Part shown: positions 36,598 through 46,618 of the stretch, piece by piece
Numbering within the stretch: the stretch's first letter is position 1
Layout: every line of letters starts with the position of its first letter
From: Candidatus Multivoraceae bacterium
GTDB lineage: Bacteria > Acidobacteriota > Thermoanaerobaculia > Multivoradales > Multivoraceae
Length of the DNA: 64,000 nucleotides
Direction: 5' to 3'
Assembly: GCA_965223385.1 (NCBI GenBank)
Contig: CBDCWR010000006.1
Location: 137,896 to 201,895, forward strand
Made by a program: the position numbers and the translations under genes
The notes under the pieces: generated by a model
The model's database searches: none
The model's input: only the letters and a program-made list of their open reading frames with translations
What the model was told of the DNA's origin: nothing

Positions 36598-37875
36598 ATG
36601 AACAAAAAGGCCATGGCGCTCGGGCTCGGAATGGCACTGGCCGCCTGCCTCGTGCTCGCGGAATCGAACGACTGGTACCAGTGGGGAGGCCCGGACCGGA
36701 ACTTCCAGGCGTCTCCGGACGGCATCGCCGACGCGTGGCCCGAAGGCGGTCCGAAGGAGCTGTGGAGCAGGACGCTCGGGGACGGTCACTCAGCGATCGC
36801 GGCCGTGGGCGGCAAGCTCTACACGATGTACCGGGCGCGGCCCGAGGGTCTGGCCGAGAACGAGTTCGGCGGCGAAGAGGCGATCATCGCGCTCGACGCC
36901 GCCACCGGCGAGACGCTCTGGGAGCACACGTACGCCTCCGAAGAGATGAACTTCCGCTTCGGCGCCGGGCCTCACTCCACGCCGCTCGTGGTGGGCGGTC
37001 GCGTGTTTGCCGTCGGTACAAACAAGCAGTTCCACGCGCTCGACGCCGACACGGGCGAGGTGCTGTGGGCGTACGACCTGGTCGAGGAGATGGACGCGAC
37101 CCCCGCGCTCGTGCGCTCACAGGTGAAAGCCGGCTACGGGTCGAACCCGATCGCCTACGAAGACACGGTGATTGCGGTCGTTGGAGGCGAAGGTCAGGCC
37201 GTGGTGGCGTTCGACCAGAGCGACGGCAAGGTGGTCTGGAAGACCGGCGACTTCCTCGTCGCCTGCGCCGCGCCGATCCTCATCGACGTCGACGGCCAGA
37301 CGCAGCTGGTCGTGGTCGGCGGCGAAACGGCGTACGGGCTCGACCCGGCGACCGGCGACGTGCTCTGGCAGCACGACCAGCAGGCGCCCGGCGACATGAA
37401 CAACAGCACGCCGGTCTTCGGCGACAACCGCCTCTACATGTCGGTCGCCTACGGCATCGGCGGGCGCGCGCTCGACCTGTCGCGCTCCGCCTCGGGCAGC
37501 GAGGCGAAAGAGGCGTGGTTCAGCAAGGACCTCCAGTTGATGTTCAGCAACGGCCTGCTTCTCGGCGACTTCGTCGTGGGATCGTCGGGCGACTTCGGCC
37601 CGGCGTTCATGGTGGCGCTCGACTGGAAGACCGGCGAGCGGCTCTGGCGCGAGCGCGGCTTCGGTCGTAGCTCGCTCCTCCAGCTCGGCGACAAGACGCT
37701 CATCCTCGACGAAGACGGCACGCTCTCTCTGGCGAAGCTCAGCCGCGAAGGTCTCGAGGTAATCAGCCAGGCCGAGGTGCTGACCGGACGCGCGTGGACC
37801 GTGCCAACCCCCGTGGGCAGCACGATCTACCTGCGCGATCGGCAGGTGATCAAGGCCCTCGACCTGGGCGAGTAG
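36592..37875 (+). CDS. secreted PQQ-repeat beta-propeller protein (BamB-like)
   Basis: Signal peptide MRMNKKAMALGLGMALAACLVLA. Repeated propeller motifs are present (GKLY...DAATGETLW). Confidence 0.75.
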   Translation: MRMNKKAMALGLGMALAACLVLAESNDWYQWGGPDRNFQASPDGIADAWPEGGPKELWSRTLGDGHSAIAAVGGKLYTMYRARPEGLAENEFGGEEAIIALDAATGETLWEHTYASEEMNFRFGAGPHSTPLVVGGRVFAVGTNKQFHALDADTGEVLWAYDLVEEMDATPALVRSQVKAGYGSNPIAYEDTVIAVVGGEGQAVVAFDQSDGKVVWKTGDFLVACAAPILIDVDGQTQLVVVGGETAYGLDPATGDVLWQHDQQAPGDMNNSTPVFGDNRLYMSVAYGIGGRALDLSRSASGSEAKEAWFSKDLQLMFSNGLLLGDFVVGSSGDFGPAFMVALDWKTGERLWRERGFGRSSLLQLGDKTLILDEDGTLSLAKLSREGLEVISQAEVLTGRAWTVPTPVGSTIYLRDRQVIKALDLGE

Positions 37876-37886
37876 CACCTATGTCC

Positions 37887-40343
37887 TCACTCCTGCCGGA
37901 GCAGTCGGGCGGGATCCGCGGCGCCCGCCTTCCGCGCAGGGGCGAGGACCGCCGCGGAAGCGGTGCTCAGGAGCAGAAGACCCGCCGCGAGATAGGCGCG
38001 TGGCTCCAGAGCTGAGACCTCGAACAAGAGCGTCTGTGCACGACTGGCACCGAGGGCCGCGATACCGGTACCAAGAGCCAGGCCAGCGACGACAGGCAGC
38101 ATGGCCCGACCGACCACCGCACGCCGCAGGGCCCGAGGCGTTGCGCCGAGCGCCGCACGCGTCCCAAACTCCGGCAGCGTTCGTGCCACCCAGGTCGACA
38201 AGCTGGCGAAGAGACCGGCCGCCACGAGTGCGAGCCCCAGAAGCCCGGCTACCGTGGTCAATCCACTCGCAACCCGTGTGGCCCAGGTCGAGCCTTCGAC
38301 CCAGGTCGACCACCAAGTGCTCTGGAATGCCTGGTGCGGTGCCTCGAGCCGCAGAGCTGCGCTCACGGCTGCGAGGGCCGCCGGCGACTGCTCCCGGAGG
38401 CGCACGTTGAACATCAGCTTCGAGATGTAGTGCTGACGAAACGGTACGTAGAAGTGGGGGGTTGGTGCGCGCTCCGTGGCGCTGAATACCTTCGTGTCTT
38501 CGACGACGCCGACCACCTGCACGACCCGTCCTAGGACGTCGAAGGTCTCGCCAACTGCCGGCTTGCCCGGCCAGGCCTTCTGGGCGAACGTGGTGTTGAC
38601 GACCACGACCGGCGAGCTCCCGGCTCGGTCGTTTTCGTCGAGCCAGCGGCCGGCGAGCAGCCCGACGTCCAAAGTCTCGAAGTACCCCTCCGAGACTGTG
38701 TTGAACGCTGCGAAGAGAGGTGGCTCACCATCTTCCAGCGGTAGCACGGAGGCCATCATGTTGCCGAAGTGCATCGTGCTGGTGGAGGCGCTCTCGACCA
38801 TCGGATGAGCGCGAAGCGCGGCGAGCATGCGGCCCACCAGTTCTCGGGTCTCCTGCTCTTCGTCGCCGCCGCTGCCGAACTCGTAGGTGAAGACAGCCAC
38901 ACGCTCCGGGTCGAAGCCGAGCGGTTGCTCGAGTGCCGCTCGCAAGCTCTGGAACGTCAATGCCGCGGCGACGAGGAGGATCACGGCGAAAGCCACCTGG
39001 GTGCCCAGAACGAGGCGCCCCGTACAACTTGCGGAGTGGGAAATGCGTGCGCGTAGGTTGGGGCTGACGGCAAGGCGTAGTGCGGGGGCCGCGGCAAACC
39101 AAGCGGAGAACAGAGAGAGACCGAGTGCGATGGTGATGACCCGGCCGTTCAAGCCCAGGTCGAGAACTTCTGCCGCGAGCCGCGGCGAGCGCAGGTGCCA
39201 GAGCGCTTGCAGGAGTACGGCGGCGATCGGAGCGCCGACGCCGGCGCCGACGAGGGCCACGAAGCCAGCCTCCCGAAGCTGAGAGAAGACCAGGTGACGG
39301 GTTCTTGCGCCAAGGGAGCGACGAATTGCGAGCTCCTGGCGCCGCCCTTCTCCTCTCAGAAGAAAGAGGGAAGCCACGTTCGAGCCTGCGATGAGAAGAA
39401 CGATCGCGCCTACCCCGAAGAGGAAGGGAATGGCCTGCAGCTGTCGGTGTGAGAGCGGCTGGATCTCGCTGACGCTTTCGGCTTTCAGGCTGCGAGGAAG
39501 GCCGTTGGAGGCAGGCCTCAGTGAGTGAAGCTCCGGACCAACTGTCTCGAGCTGCGCCAGGAGACTTCCTGCCTTGCCTTGGTGGAGCCTGATCCAAGGC
39601 GTCAGTTGGCTGGGCAGGGCATCGGTCACTGCACTTTCGAAGTAGACGGTCTTTTCCACGATGCCTCTAGCCTGGAGAGGCATCCAGACGGCGATGGGAT
39701 TGTCGGTCGCCGAGAGCCCCTTGAAGCCAGGGCCGGCAACGCCCACGACCGTCACGAGCTCCTGGTTCAGCAGGAGATTGCGACCGAGCATCGGATGCTC
39801 GCGAACGGAGCTCGCGGCGCTCCCACTGTCTTCAGGAGCCGTTTCGCCCACTGGAAGTGCAAGAGACCTGGCGAGAGGCTCGCTGAGCACGACGCGTCTG
39901 GATGTGGACACATCGTTCTCGAAGGTTCCTGCCGCGAGTGGCGCGCCGATCACGTCGAAGTAGTCGTCGCTGACATAGAAGCCGGCGACCAATCGGGCTC
40001 CCTCCGCATCATCCTGAGCCATCCGAAGATTGAGCCACCCGGCGGGTGTCGACGCGGCGACGCTGTGCCGCCCTCCCTCTTCGAGGACCTGATCGAGAGT
40101 CTCGAAGTCCTCGCGCATGAGCGGAAGCCCCTGGGTGGGCTCGCTCGGGTTGGTCGTCACGGAGACCCGGAAGAGGCGCTCGGGCTCCGCCACGCCAAGG
40201 GGATCGCGAAGTACCTGGAACGAAGCCTCGAGCAGAGCCGTATTGAGACCAACCCCCACGGCCATCGTGAGAGCCGAGCCCACGAAGAACCATGGGCTTT
40301 GGAGAAGACGTCTCACTTCGCCGCGTAGCACTCCGCCAGCCAT
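37887..40343 (-). CDS. ADOP-type duplicated FtsX/MacB-like ABC permease (orphan; no adjacent ATPase)
   Basis: The 818-aa product has an N-terminus (LQSPWFFVGSALTMAVGVGLNTALLE) typical of ADOP permeases. It has two FtsX 4-TM modules, each preceded by a periplasmic domain. Confidence 0.85.
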   Translation of the reverse strand: MAGGVLRGEVRRLLQSPWFFVGSALTMAVGVGLNTALLEASFQVLRDPLGVAEPERLFRVSVTTNPSEPTQGLPLMREDFETLDQVLEEGGRHSVAASTPAGWLNLRMAQDDAEGARLVAGFYVSDDYFDVIGAPLAAGTFENDVSTSRRVVLSEPLARSLALPVGETAPEDSGSAASSVREHPMLGRNLLLNQELVTVVGVAGPGFKGLSATDNPIAVWMPLQARGIVEKTVYFESAVTDALPSQLTPWIRLHQGKAGSLLAQLETVGPELHSLRPASNGLPRSLKAESVSEIQPLSHRQLQAIPFLFGVGAIVLLIAGSNVASLFLLRGEGRRQELAIRRSLGARTRHLVFSQLREAGFVALVGAGVGAPIAAVLLQALWHLRSPRLAAEVLDLGLNGRVITIALGLSLFSAWFAAAPALRLAVSPNLRARISHSASCTGRLVLGTQVAFAVILLVAAALTFQSLRAALEQPLGFDPERVAVFTYEFGSGGDEEQETRELVGRMLAALRAHPMVESASTSTMHFGNMMASVLPLEDGEPPLFAAFNTVSEGYFETLDVGLLAGRWLDENDRAGSSPVVVVNTTFAQKAWPGKPAVGETFDVLGRVVQVVGVVEDTKVFSATERAPTPHFYVPFRQHYISKLMFNVRLREQSPAALAAVSAALRLEAPHQAFQSTWWSTWVEGSTWATRVASGLTTVAGLLGLALVAAGLFASLSTWVARTLPEFGTRAALGATPRALRRAVVGRAMLPVVAGLALGTGIAALGASRAQTLLFEVSALEPRAYLAAGLLLLSTASAAVLAPARKAGAADPARLLRQE

Positions 40344-40441
40344 CGTCTCCTCCCCTCGCGATCCGTCGTTGCGATTTGCCGCTACTGGCTTTGAGACCCG
40401 TTTCGGCAGCGGAGGTTTCCGGAGCAGCCTCCGGCTCTTCT

Positions 40442-42307
40442 CTACTTCGCGCGGTAGACGATGAGCGCGTTGCCCGGCATCTGACCGAACAGGCTGTAGC
40501 CGGAGTTGACCAGCAGCAGGTCGTCCACCAGCTGGACGCCGGAGCTGTCGATCGACCCGCCGTGCGCGTCGATTCCGTTCACCGCCTCGAGCTCCCGCTT
40601 CGTCTGGTCCTGCCAGAGCACTTCACCCGTCGCCGCGTCGAAGGCGAACACGCGGCCGTCGAGCGCGCCCGCGAAGACCAGCTCCGAGTTGGACATCGGC
40701 GCCGCGGAGAACGCAAACTGGAAGGGGCACTCGGGCCAGGGGGTCTTGGACGCGCGGAGGGCCGCGACATCGAGCTCGCAGGCCCGCTCGGCCTTGTGCT
40801 CCCACAGCGTTTCGCCGCTCAGGAGATCGAGTGCGTAGAGCCCGGGCTTGGGGTCATAGCCCTGCCTCGGAAAGGCGGGGTCGTTGATCGGCACGAAGAC
40901 GCGGTCGCCCGCGACGGTCAGGCCCCAGTGCACTCCGCCGAGAGCGGAGCCGGCGCCGACCCGGTTCTGCCACAGCACCTCACCCGTGTCGGGATCGAGC
41001 GCGTGCACCTCGCCCGACTTCTGGCCGGCCACCACGATGTCCTTGCCGCTCGAGTGCGTGGCGAGGACCGCGGCTGCACCGAAGTCGAAGTCGGGGCCGT
41101 CTTCTTCCGGGCAGTTGGGGCCCTTGCGTCGGCCACAGGCCATGTTCCAGGCGTCCTCGCGTGTACCCTGGAACGACCAGCGGATCGCCCCGGTGGTCAT
41201 GTCGAGCGCCAGGATCGAGTCGCTGTGCTGCGTGGCGGGTGACGACGTGTTCTCGCCGGTGCCGATGTAGAGCTGGTTGCGTGCGGCGTCGATCGTGGGT
41301 GTGGTCCACACCGGCACCCCCGACGGCCCCCACTGCTGCACGCCCTCGCTCGAGACGTAGGTCGGCACCGCCTCTTTGGTCATGTGCGTGGTCCAGATCA
41401 CTTCGCCCGTGGCGGCGTCGAGCGCGAGCACCGCACCGCGGCTCTTGCAGCACTCGTACTTCGGGTTGGTCGCCAGCACCACGCCGAAGGCCGACACGGG
41501 GACGAAGAGGCGGTCGCCGCGGTCGTCCGAGAACGGGACGGGGGTGCCCGTGGTGGTGTTCGCCGGGTGCTGGGCAACGGACCGGCTCCACAGCGGTTCA
41601 CCGGTGTGCGCGTTGATGGCGTAGACGGTGGCGCCGTTGTCGCCCACGAACAGCGCGGTCTGGTCGCCCGCCTTGCCGAGCGCCATCGAGGTGCGGAGGG
41701 TCGCCTCCGTGTCGTGGTTCCACTTGATGCAGCCACTGTCCCGGTCGAGGGCGTACACCTGACCGGACACGCCGGCGACGAAGACCGTGTCTTCTGTGAC
41801 GACGGGCTGAGATCTCGCCTCCGCGACGTCCGGAATCGCGAAGACCCATGCCGGCTCCAGGCGCCCGGCGTTGGCCTTCGTGATGGTGGAGGTGGGCTGG
41901 TGGCGGGAGTTCGCGAGGTCGATGCCCCAACCGCCGACGCCGACGCCCCCGGTGCTCACTGTCTTGCCCTTGCAGAAGGCCGTCTCCGGCATGGCGTCGT
42001 GCTCCTTGGCGCCACCCGCGCTCAGGTACTCCGAGATCGTCATCATCTGGTCCGACGTGAGCATGGAGGCCTGCTCCTGCATCTTGCCGGACGTCATCGA
42101 GGTCAGGACCTGGTCCATGCTCATCTGCTGGAGCGCGCCGAGAAGGGGGCCCTCCGAGCGGCCCTGGCTGCGGTGGCAGGAGAGGCAGTGTCTGCGAAAG
42201 AGCTGCTCGCCGTCGTCGCCGGAGGCGCCTTCCTGGGCGGGGGCGGAAGCTGCGAACGGTGCTTGGAGGAGCAAGAGCGAGATGACGAGTGAACGGCGAA
42301 GAAGCAT
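40442..42307 (-). CDS. cytochrome c-PQQ dehydrogenase (polyvinyl-alcohol-dehydrogenase-like quinohaemoprotein)
   Basis: A signal peptide is present. N-terminal CLSCH haem c motif. PQQ propeller with vicinal YECCKS. Confidence 0.85.
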   Translation of the reverse strand: MLLRRSLVISLLLLQAPFAASAPAQEGASGDDGEQLFRRHCLSCHRSQGRSEGPLLGALQQMSMDQVLTSMTSGKMQEQASMLTSDQMMTISEYLSAGGAKEHDAMPETAFCKGKTVSTGGVGVGGWGIDLANSRHQPTSTITKANAGRLEPAWVFAIPDVAEARSQPVVTEDTVFVAGVSGQVYALDRDSGCIKWNHDTEATLRTSMALGKAGDQTALFVGDNGATVYAINAHTGEPLWSRSVAQHPANTTTGTPVPFSDDRGDRLFVPVSAFGVVLATNPKYECCKSRGAVLALDAATGEVIWTTHMTKEAVPTYVSSEGVQQWGPSGVPVWTTPTIDAARNQLYIGTGENTSSPATQHSDSILALDMTTGAIRWSFQGTREDAWNMACGRRKGPNCPEEDGPDFDFGAAAVLATHSSGKDIVVAGQKSGEVHALDPDTGEVLWQNRVGAGSALGGVHWGLTVAGDRVFVPINDPAFPRQGYDPKPGLYALDLLSGETLWEHKAERACELDVAALRASKTPWPECPFQFAFSAAPMSNSELVFAGALDGRVFAFDAATGEVLWQDQTKRELEAVNGIDAHGGSIDSSGVQLVDDLLLVNSGYSLFGQMPGNALIVYRAK

Positions 42308-42594
42308 GGCGGTTTCCTGTCTCGGAGAACGATTCCGCACGGGAGAGCTCCGTGCGGGGCGGAAGAGCGAACGTCGAGGCTATCCCGTTTGCGCGCCTGG
42401 ATGGATGGTGACAAGAGGCTGGGTCGTCGTGCGTCCGGTGCGTCGATGGGATCCCGCTGGAAGCGCGCTCGTCGCCAGAGACGCTCGTATACTGCCTGCG
42501 CTCACCCACCACGAGGACCGCGCCGACCAACCGTTGCCGACCCGGTAGCGGAGCGAAGCGGCGCCTTGCCGCCACCGCAGGACCGGAGACCCTC

Positions 42595-44215
42595 ATGCCG
42601 CGAACGAATGTCATCCCTCGACCGATCGTGATGCGTCGTGTGATCGCCCGCGGAGCGGTGGCCGTGGTCGCCCTGGGAGTTGGTGGGTGTCTGCCGTCGG
42701 GCGACGAGCCGCACCCCCAGGCGGCGGCCTGCGAGGCGCTCGGGACCCTGGAGCACGGACTGGCCCAGACCGAGGTGACGCTCGCCGAGCTCGTGCCTGC
42801 CGGTGGCCTGGCGTTCGAGGAGGGAGCGGCGCCCCTCGACCTGCCGGCACTGTGCCGTGTGCAGGGCCGCATCGAGCCCCAGATCCAGTTCGAGGTGTGG
42901 CTCCCCGCGGAGGGGTGGAACGGCCGGTACCAGGGCGTGGGCAACGGCGGGATGGCCGGCACCATCAGCTACCCGGCCATGGCCCGCGCACTCTCCGATG
43001 GCTACGCGACGGCGAGCACGGACACGGGGCACCAGTCCTCGGGTGTGCCCTTCGACGCGACGTGGGCCAACGACCGCCCGGAGCTCATCGACGACTTCGG
43101 ACACCGCTCGCTGCACCTGACGACCGTGGCCGGGAAAGAAGCTCACGGAGCTCTTCTACGGCGAGCCCGCGCATCACGCCTACTACGTCGGCTGCTCCAA
43201 GGGTGGCCAGCAGGGGCTCATGGAGGCGCAACGCTACCCCGACGACTTCGACGGCATCCTCGCCGGCAACCCGGCGAACGACTGGACGCGCTTCTACGCC
43301 GGTGCCCACCTCTGGTACTCGCTGGCGCTGCTGCGCGACGAAGAGAGCTGGATTCCGCCGGCGGGCGTGCAGCTCCTCGGCGATGCGGTGAATGCGGCGT
43401 GCGACGGGCTCGACGGCATCGAAGACGGAGTTCTGTCCGACCCCACTCAGTGCACCTTCGACCCTTCCGCGTTGCTCTGTGAAGGAGGTGCGACGGAGGG
43501 GTGCCTGACCGCAAAACAGGTGCAGGCGGTGAAGGACATCTGGGCCGGCGCGCGCGACAGCGAAGGTAACGTGATCTTCCCGGGTCTGGTTCCGGGGGGC
43601 GAGGCGAGCCCCGGCGGCTGGGCTCTCTGGGTGACCGGCCCGGAGCCCTTCCGCAGCCTCCACTGGCTCGCCGGCGAAGGCTTCTTCCGCCACATGGTCT
43701 TCGGCGACCCCGACTGGGACTTCCGCACCTTCGACTTCGATCGCGACCTGCCGCTCGCCCTCGAGCGCGTCGGGGCACAGCTCGACTCCGCCGATCCGAA
43801 TCTCGCACCGCTGCGCGACCGCGGGAGCAAGCTCCTCGTGTACCACGGCCTCTCCGACGCCGACATCTCGCCGCTCGGCTCCACGGCCTACTACGACCGC
43901 GTCGTCGATCATCTCGCGGACGGTGCACCGGCAGAGGAGGCGCTTGCCAGCACCCAGGACTTCTTCCGTCTCTTCCTGGTTCCGGGCATGGGGCACTGTC
44001 GCGGGGGGCCGGGCTACGACACGTTCGACGCTCTCGGCGCGCTCGAGGCGTGGGTCGAAGAGGGTGTCGCGCCGCAGTCCATCGAGGCGCGGCGCATGGA
44101 CGACCAGGGCAACGTGCTGCGCACGCGCCCCCTGTGCCCCTATCCGCAGAAGGCGGTGTACGACGGTTCGGGGGACCCCGACGCTGCGTCCAGCTTCCGC
44201 TGCGAGGCGCCGTAG
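42595..44215 (+). pseudogene. tannase/feruloyl-esterase-family lipoprotein, +1 frameshift at an AAA run near 43135-43137
   Basis: Family motifs are present (ALCRVQGRIEPQIQFEVWLPAEGWNGRYQGVGNGG). The frame switches between HLTTVAGK and KLTELFYGEPAHHAYYVGCSKGGQQGLMEAQRYPDDFDG. A lipobox (ALGVGGC) is present. Confidence 0.7.
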
Positions 44216-44224
44216 CGCCGAGGT

Positions 44225-45733
44225 CTACCAGCGGGTCCGCAGCCCGAGGCGGAGACGATCGCGCCCGTCGAACTGGCCGAAGAGCCCGAAGGCGTCGCCG
44301 TAGAACGCGTCCCCGGCGACCTCGAGCCGCGTGGAGGGCAGCACCTCCAGCCGCACGCGGAGCTGCACCCAGCCGTCGTCGCGGTCGAGACCGTGCACCC
44401 AGAGAAGGCGGATCTCGTGCTCGCTCGAGTCGCCGAAGATGTGCTGCGCGAGCGCCGTCACGCTCGCCACCTGACGGCCGCGCAGGGACAGGCCGTGGAG
44501 ATCGTGGAGCTGCGTTTCGAAGTACTGCGCACTGAGCAGGGTGTCCCCGAGGCGCCAGTCGAGGCCCAGGACGAACGCAAACTCGTCCGCCGGCTCGAGG
44601 CCGCTCGGGAGGCCCAGATCGAGCACCTGTGCGAGCTTGTCGGGCGTGTAGGCGGCTTCGCCGCGAAGCACCCAGGCGCCAAAGGCGTTGGCGAAGCTGA
44701 GCCCGTAGAGGTCGACACGCTGAAACGTCGGCTCGAAGGCAACCGTCAGCTGCGGGGCCATGGCGGGGGCAGCTGCCGCCTCGAAGCTGCGTCGGAAGAG
44801 GGGCAACGGGTCGAGGTGTCGGAGCCGGTAGAGCGCGAGGTCCCATGCGCCCAGCCGGGTCTTGAGGCGGACGCCGAAGTCGGCGCCGGCAGTGGGTCCG
44901 TCGCCCGCCGTGCGCTCGAACGTGGTGTCGATGCCGAGTGCGGCCAGGTCGTCGAGCGCGATCTGGGTGACGCCCAGGCGCGCGAGGGCCTCGACGAACG
45001 GGTCGTCGGACGCGTTCGCGAGCGCGCTCACGGGCAAGGCGCCGAGTGCCTCCGGTGTGGTGTCGAGCGCGCCGCGAAGGAGAGCCTCCCCGGCCGCTTC
45101 GGGGCGAAAGAGAGGAGATGCCATCTCGAAGGTGGCCCTACCCACGTCGGAGCCCTCGGGGAAGTGGTGCACGGTGGGGTCGGCGATCCAGATCAGCTGC
45201 AGCTCGCTCGTCGATCCGAGCTGCAGGTCGAGGTTTGCCGTCCACAGCGGAATGCGCGACGCCTCGAAGTCTTCGGCCCAGAGCTCACGAAACGACTGCG
45301 GGTTGACGACGTCCAGCACCTTCAGCCCGTCCGCCTCACCCCAGACGGTCTGTTGCTTCCCCAGCGTGAGGAAGGCGCGACGGTAGATGCAGTTGACCGT
45401 GGCCTCCCGCAGCTCCAGCTCGCCGTGATTGCCGAGGAACGCACGTTGCGAGACCGCCGATCGCCAGCTCCGGTCGCGTGGCTGGCCCGGCTCGAGGCGG
45501 TCGGCTTCGTCGGCGCGCAGTCGAACCTCTCCCCGCACCGAGCAGCGACGGGTGGTGTCGGCCTCGAGCGCGAGCAGCGCTTCCAGCTCCAGCTGTTGGG
45601 TGCTGCGGCTCGACGAGGCCGCGCGCACGGCCACCGAGCCCGAGGGCCGGACCTCGACCGCGCGCGCGGCATGGGTCGCCCAGGCGAGGAGCAGGAGGCT
45701 CACCGCGGCGTAGGCGCGGCCGGGCGTGCACAT
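44225..45733 (-). CDS. outer-membrane beta-barrel protein, DUF1302-like
   Basis: Signal peptide. The product is beta-strand-rich and ends ...GLRTRW. It is the last gene of the MT/RND operon. Confidence 0.55.
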   Translation of the reverse strand: MCTPGRAYAAVSLLLLAWATHAARAVEVRPSGSVAVRAASSSRSTQQLELEALLALEADTTRRCSVRGEVRLRADEADRLEPGQPRDRSWRSAVSQRAFLGNHGELELREATVNCIYRRAFLTLGKQQTVWGEADGLKVLDVVNPQSFRELWAEDFEASRIPLWTANLDLQLGSTSELQLIWIADPTVHHFPEGSDVGRATFEMASPLFRPEAAGEALLRGALDTTPEALGALPVSALANASDDPFVEALARLGVTQIALDDLAALGIDTTFERTAGDGPTAGADFGVRLKTRLGAWDLALYRLRHLDPLPLFRRSFEAAAAPAMAPQLTVAFEPTFQRVDLYGLSFANAFGAWVLRGEAAYTPDKLAQVLDLGLPSGLEPADEFAFVLGLDWRLGDTLLSAQYFETQLHDLHGLSLRGRQVASVTALAQHIFGDSSEHEIRLLWVHGLDRDDGWVQLRVRLEVLPSTRLEVAGDAFYGDAFGLFGQFDGRDRLRLGLRTRW

Positions 45734-45737
45734 CCGG

Positions 45738-46598
45738 TCAGCGGGGTGCACCGCGCTGCAGCTGCGCCTGGGAGAAGACCTGATCCGACAGCTCGGTCTG
45801 ATAGTCGGTCGCCCGGAAGTGGAAGGTGGAGCGCGTGCCGCGCGTGTGGTTCTGGGCTTCGATCAGGAGCGCCGTCCAGACCCCCTGGATCTGCTCGAGC
45901 TTCCGGCTGTGCACGGTGCGCAGCACCTCGCCCGCGGCGTCGCGGTACTCGATGCGACGCGGATAGTCGCTCGCCTGATCCACCCAGACGCGCGCTGCGG
46001 CGTGTCCGAGCTGGCGGGCAACGTCGGCGTTCTTGACGCGGCCCTCGACCACGTAGCACGCGTTGCCGTCGACCTCCTCATCGTCCAACCGGGACCACTC
46101 CGACTCGCTCACCTCGAACTTGCCATCCTTCTTCACATCCTCGTAGGTGAGATCGGTCGCCATGAACCAGTCGCCCCGCTCCGATGCCGAGATGCGGCGA
46201 ACCCGCTTGAGAGACGGCAGGTAGAGCCACTGGTCGTCCTCCTTCCCCCCATCCGTGTAGTCGACCGTGAGGAAGCCGGTGCCGCGGACGTTTGCCGGCG
46301 ACTCGTAGAACAGAGCCGTGCGCCTCCGATCGGCACCCTCGCGGCGGAAGATGCGCGCATGGCGGGAGCGCTCTTTGCCGCGCCGGTCCCGCATGACGAT
46401 CTCGACCTCCTGACTCTTGAACGTTCCCCCGTCGCGGGCCTCCATGCGCTGCGCGATCCCGAGGCCGTCGGCCGGATCTGCAGCCGACCCGGCAGCTGCG
46501 CCGAGCCAGGGGACCAGCACGAGCGCGGCTACGGAGCCCAGGGAGAGACGTTGGCGGAGCTCGGCGGACTGGGATGGGAGGCTCTGTCGCGATCGCAT
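45738..46598 (-). CDS. LolA-like outer-membrane lipoprotein-sorting family protein
   Basis: Signal peptide. The sequence WLYLPSLKRVRRISASERGDWFMATDLTYEDV is typical of the family found next to RND/MMPL exporters. Confidence 0.6.
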   Translation of the reverse strand: MRSRQSLPSQSAELRQRLSLGSVAALVLVPWLGAAAGSAADPADGLGIAQRMEARDGGTFKSQEVEIVMRDRRGKERSRHARIFRREGADRRRTALFYESPANVRGTGFLTVDYTDGGKEDDQWLYLPSLKRVRRISASERGDWFMATDLTYEDVKKDGKFEVSESEWSRLDDEEVDGNACYVVEGRVKNADVARQLGHAAARVWVDQASDYPRRIEYRDAAGEVLRTVHSRKLEQIQGVWTALLIEAQNHTRGTRSTFHFRATDYQTELSDQVFSQAQLQRGAPR

Positions 46599-46618
46599 CG
46601 GTGGTACCTCGGGTTGGT

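Noticed and set aside
34767-36600. Duplicated segment considered as an insertion sequence or mobile element
   Set aside because: There is no transposase or integrase and there are no terminal inverted repeats. The structure is a tandem gene duplication including the promoter and the neighbouring gene start.
40344-40441. Intergenic stretches of 90-120 nt (also 31566..31677) screened for tRNA/ncRNA
   Set aside because: They have no cloverleaf-compatible stem pattern, no G-start/CCA-end context and no recognisable structure.
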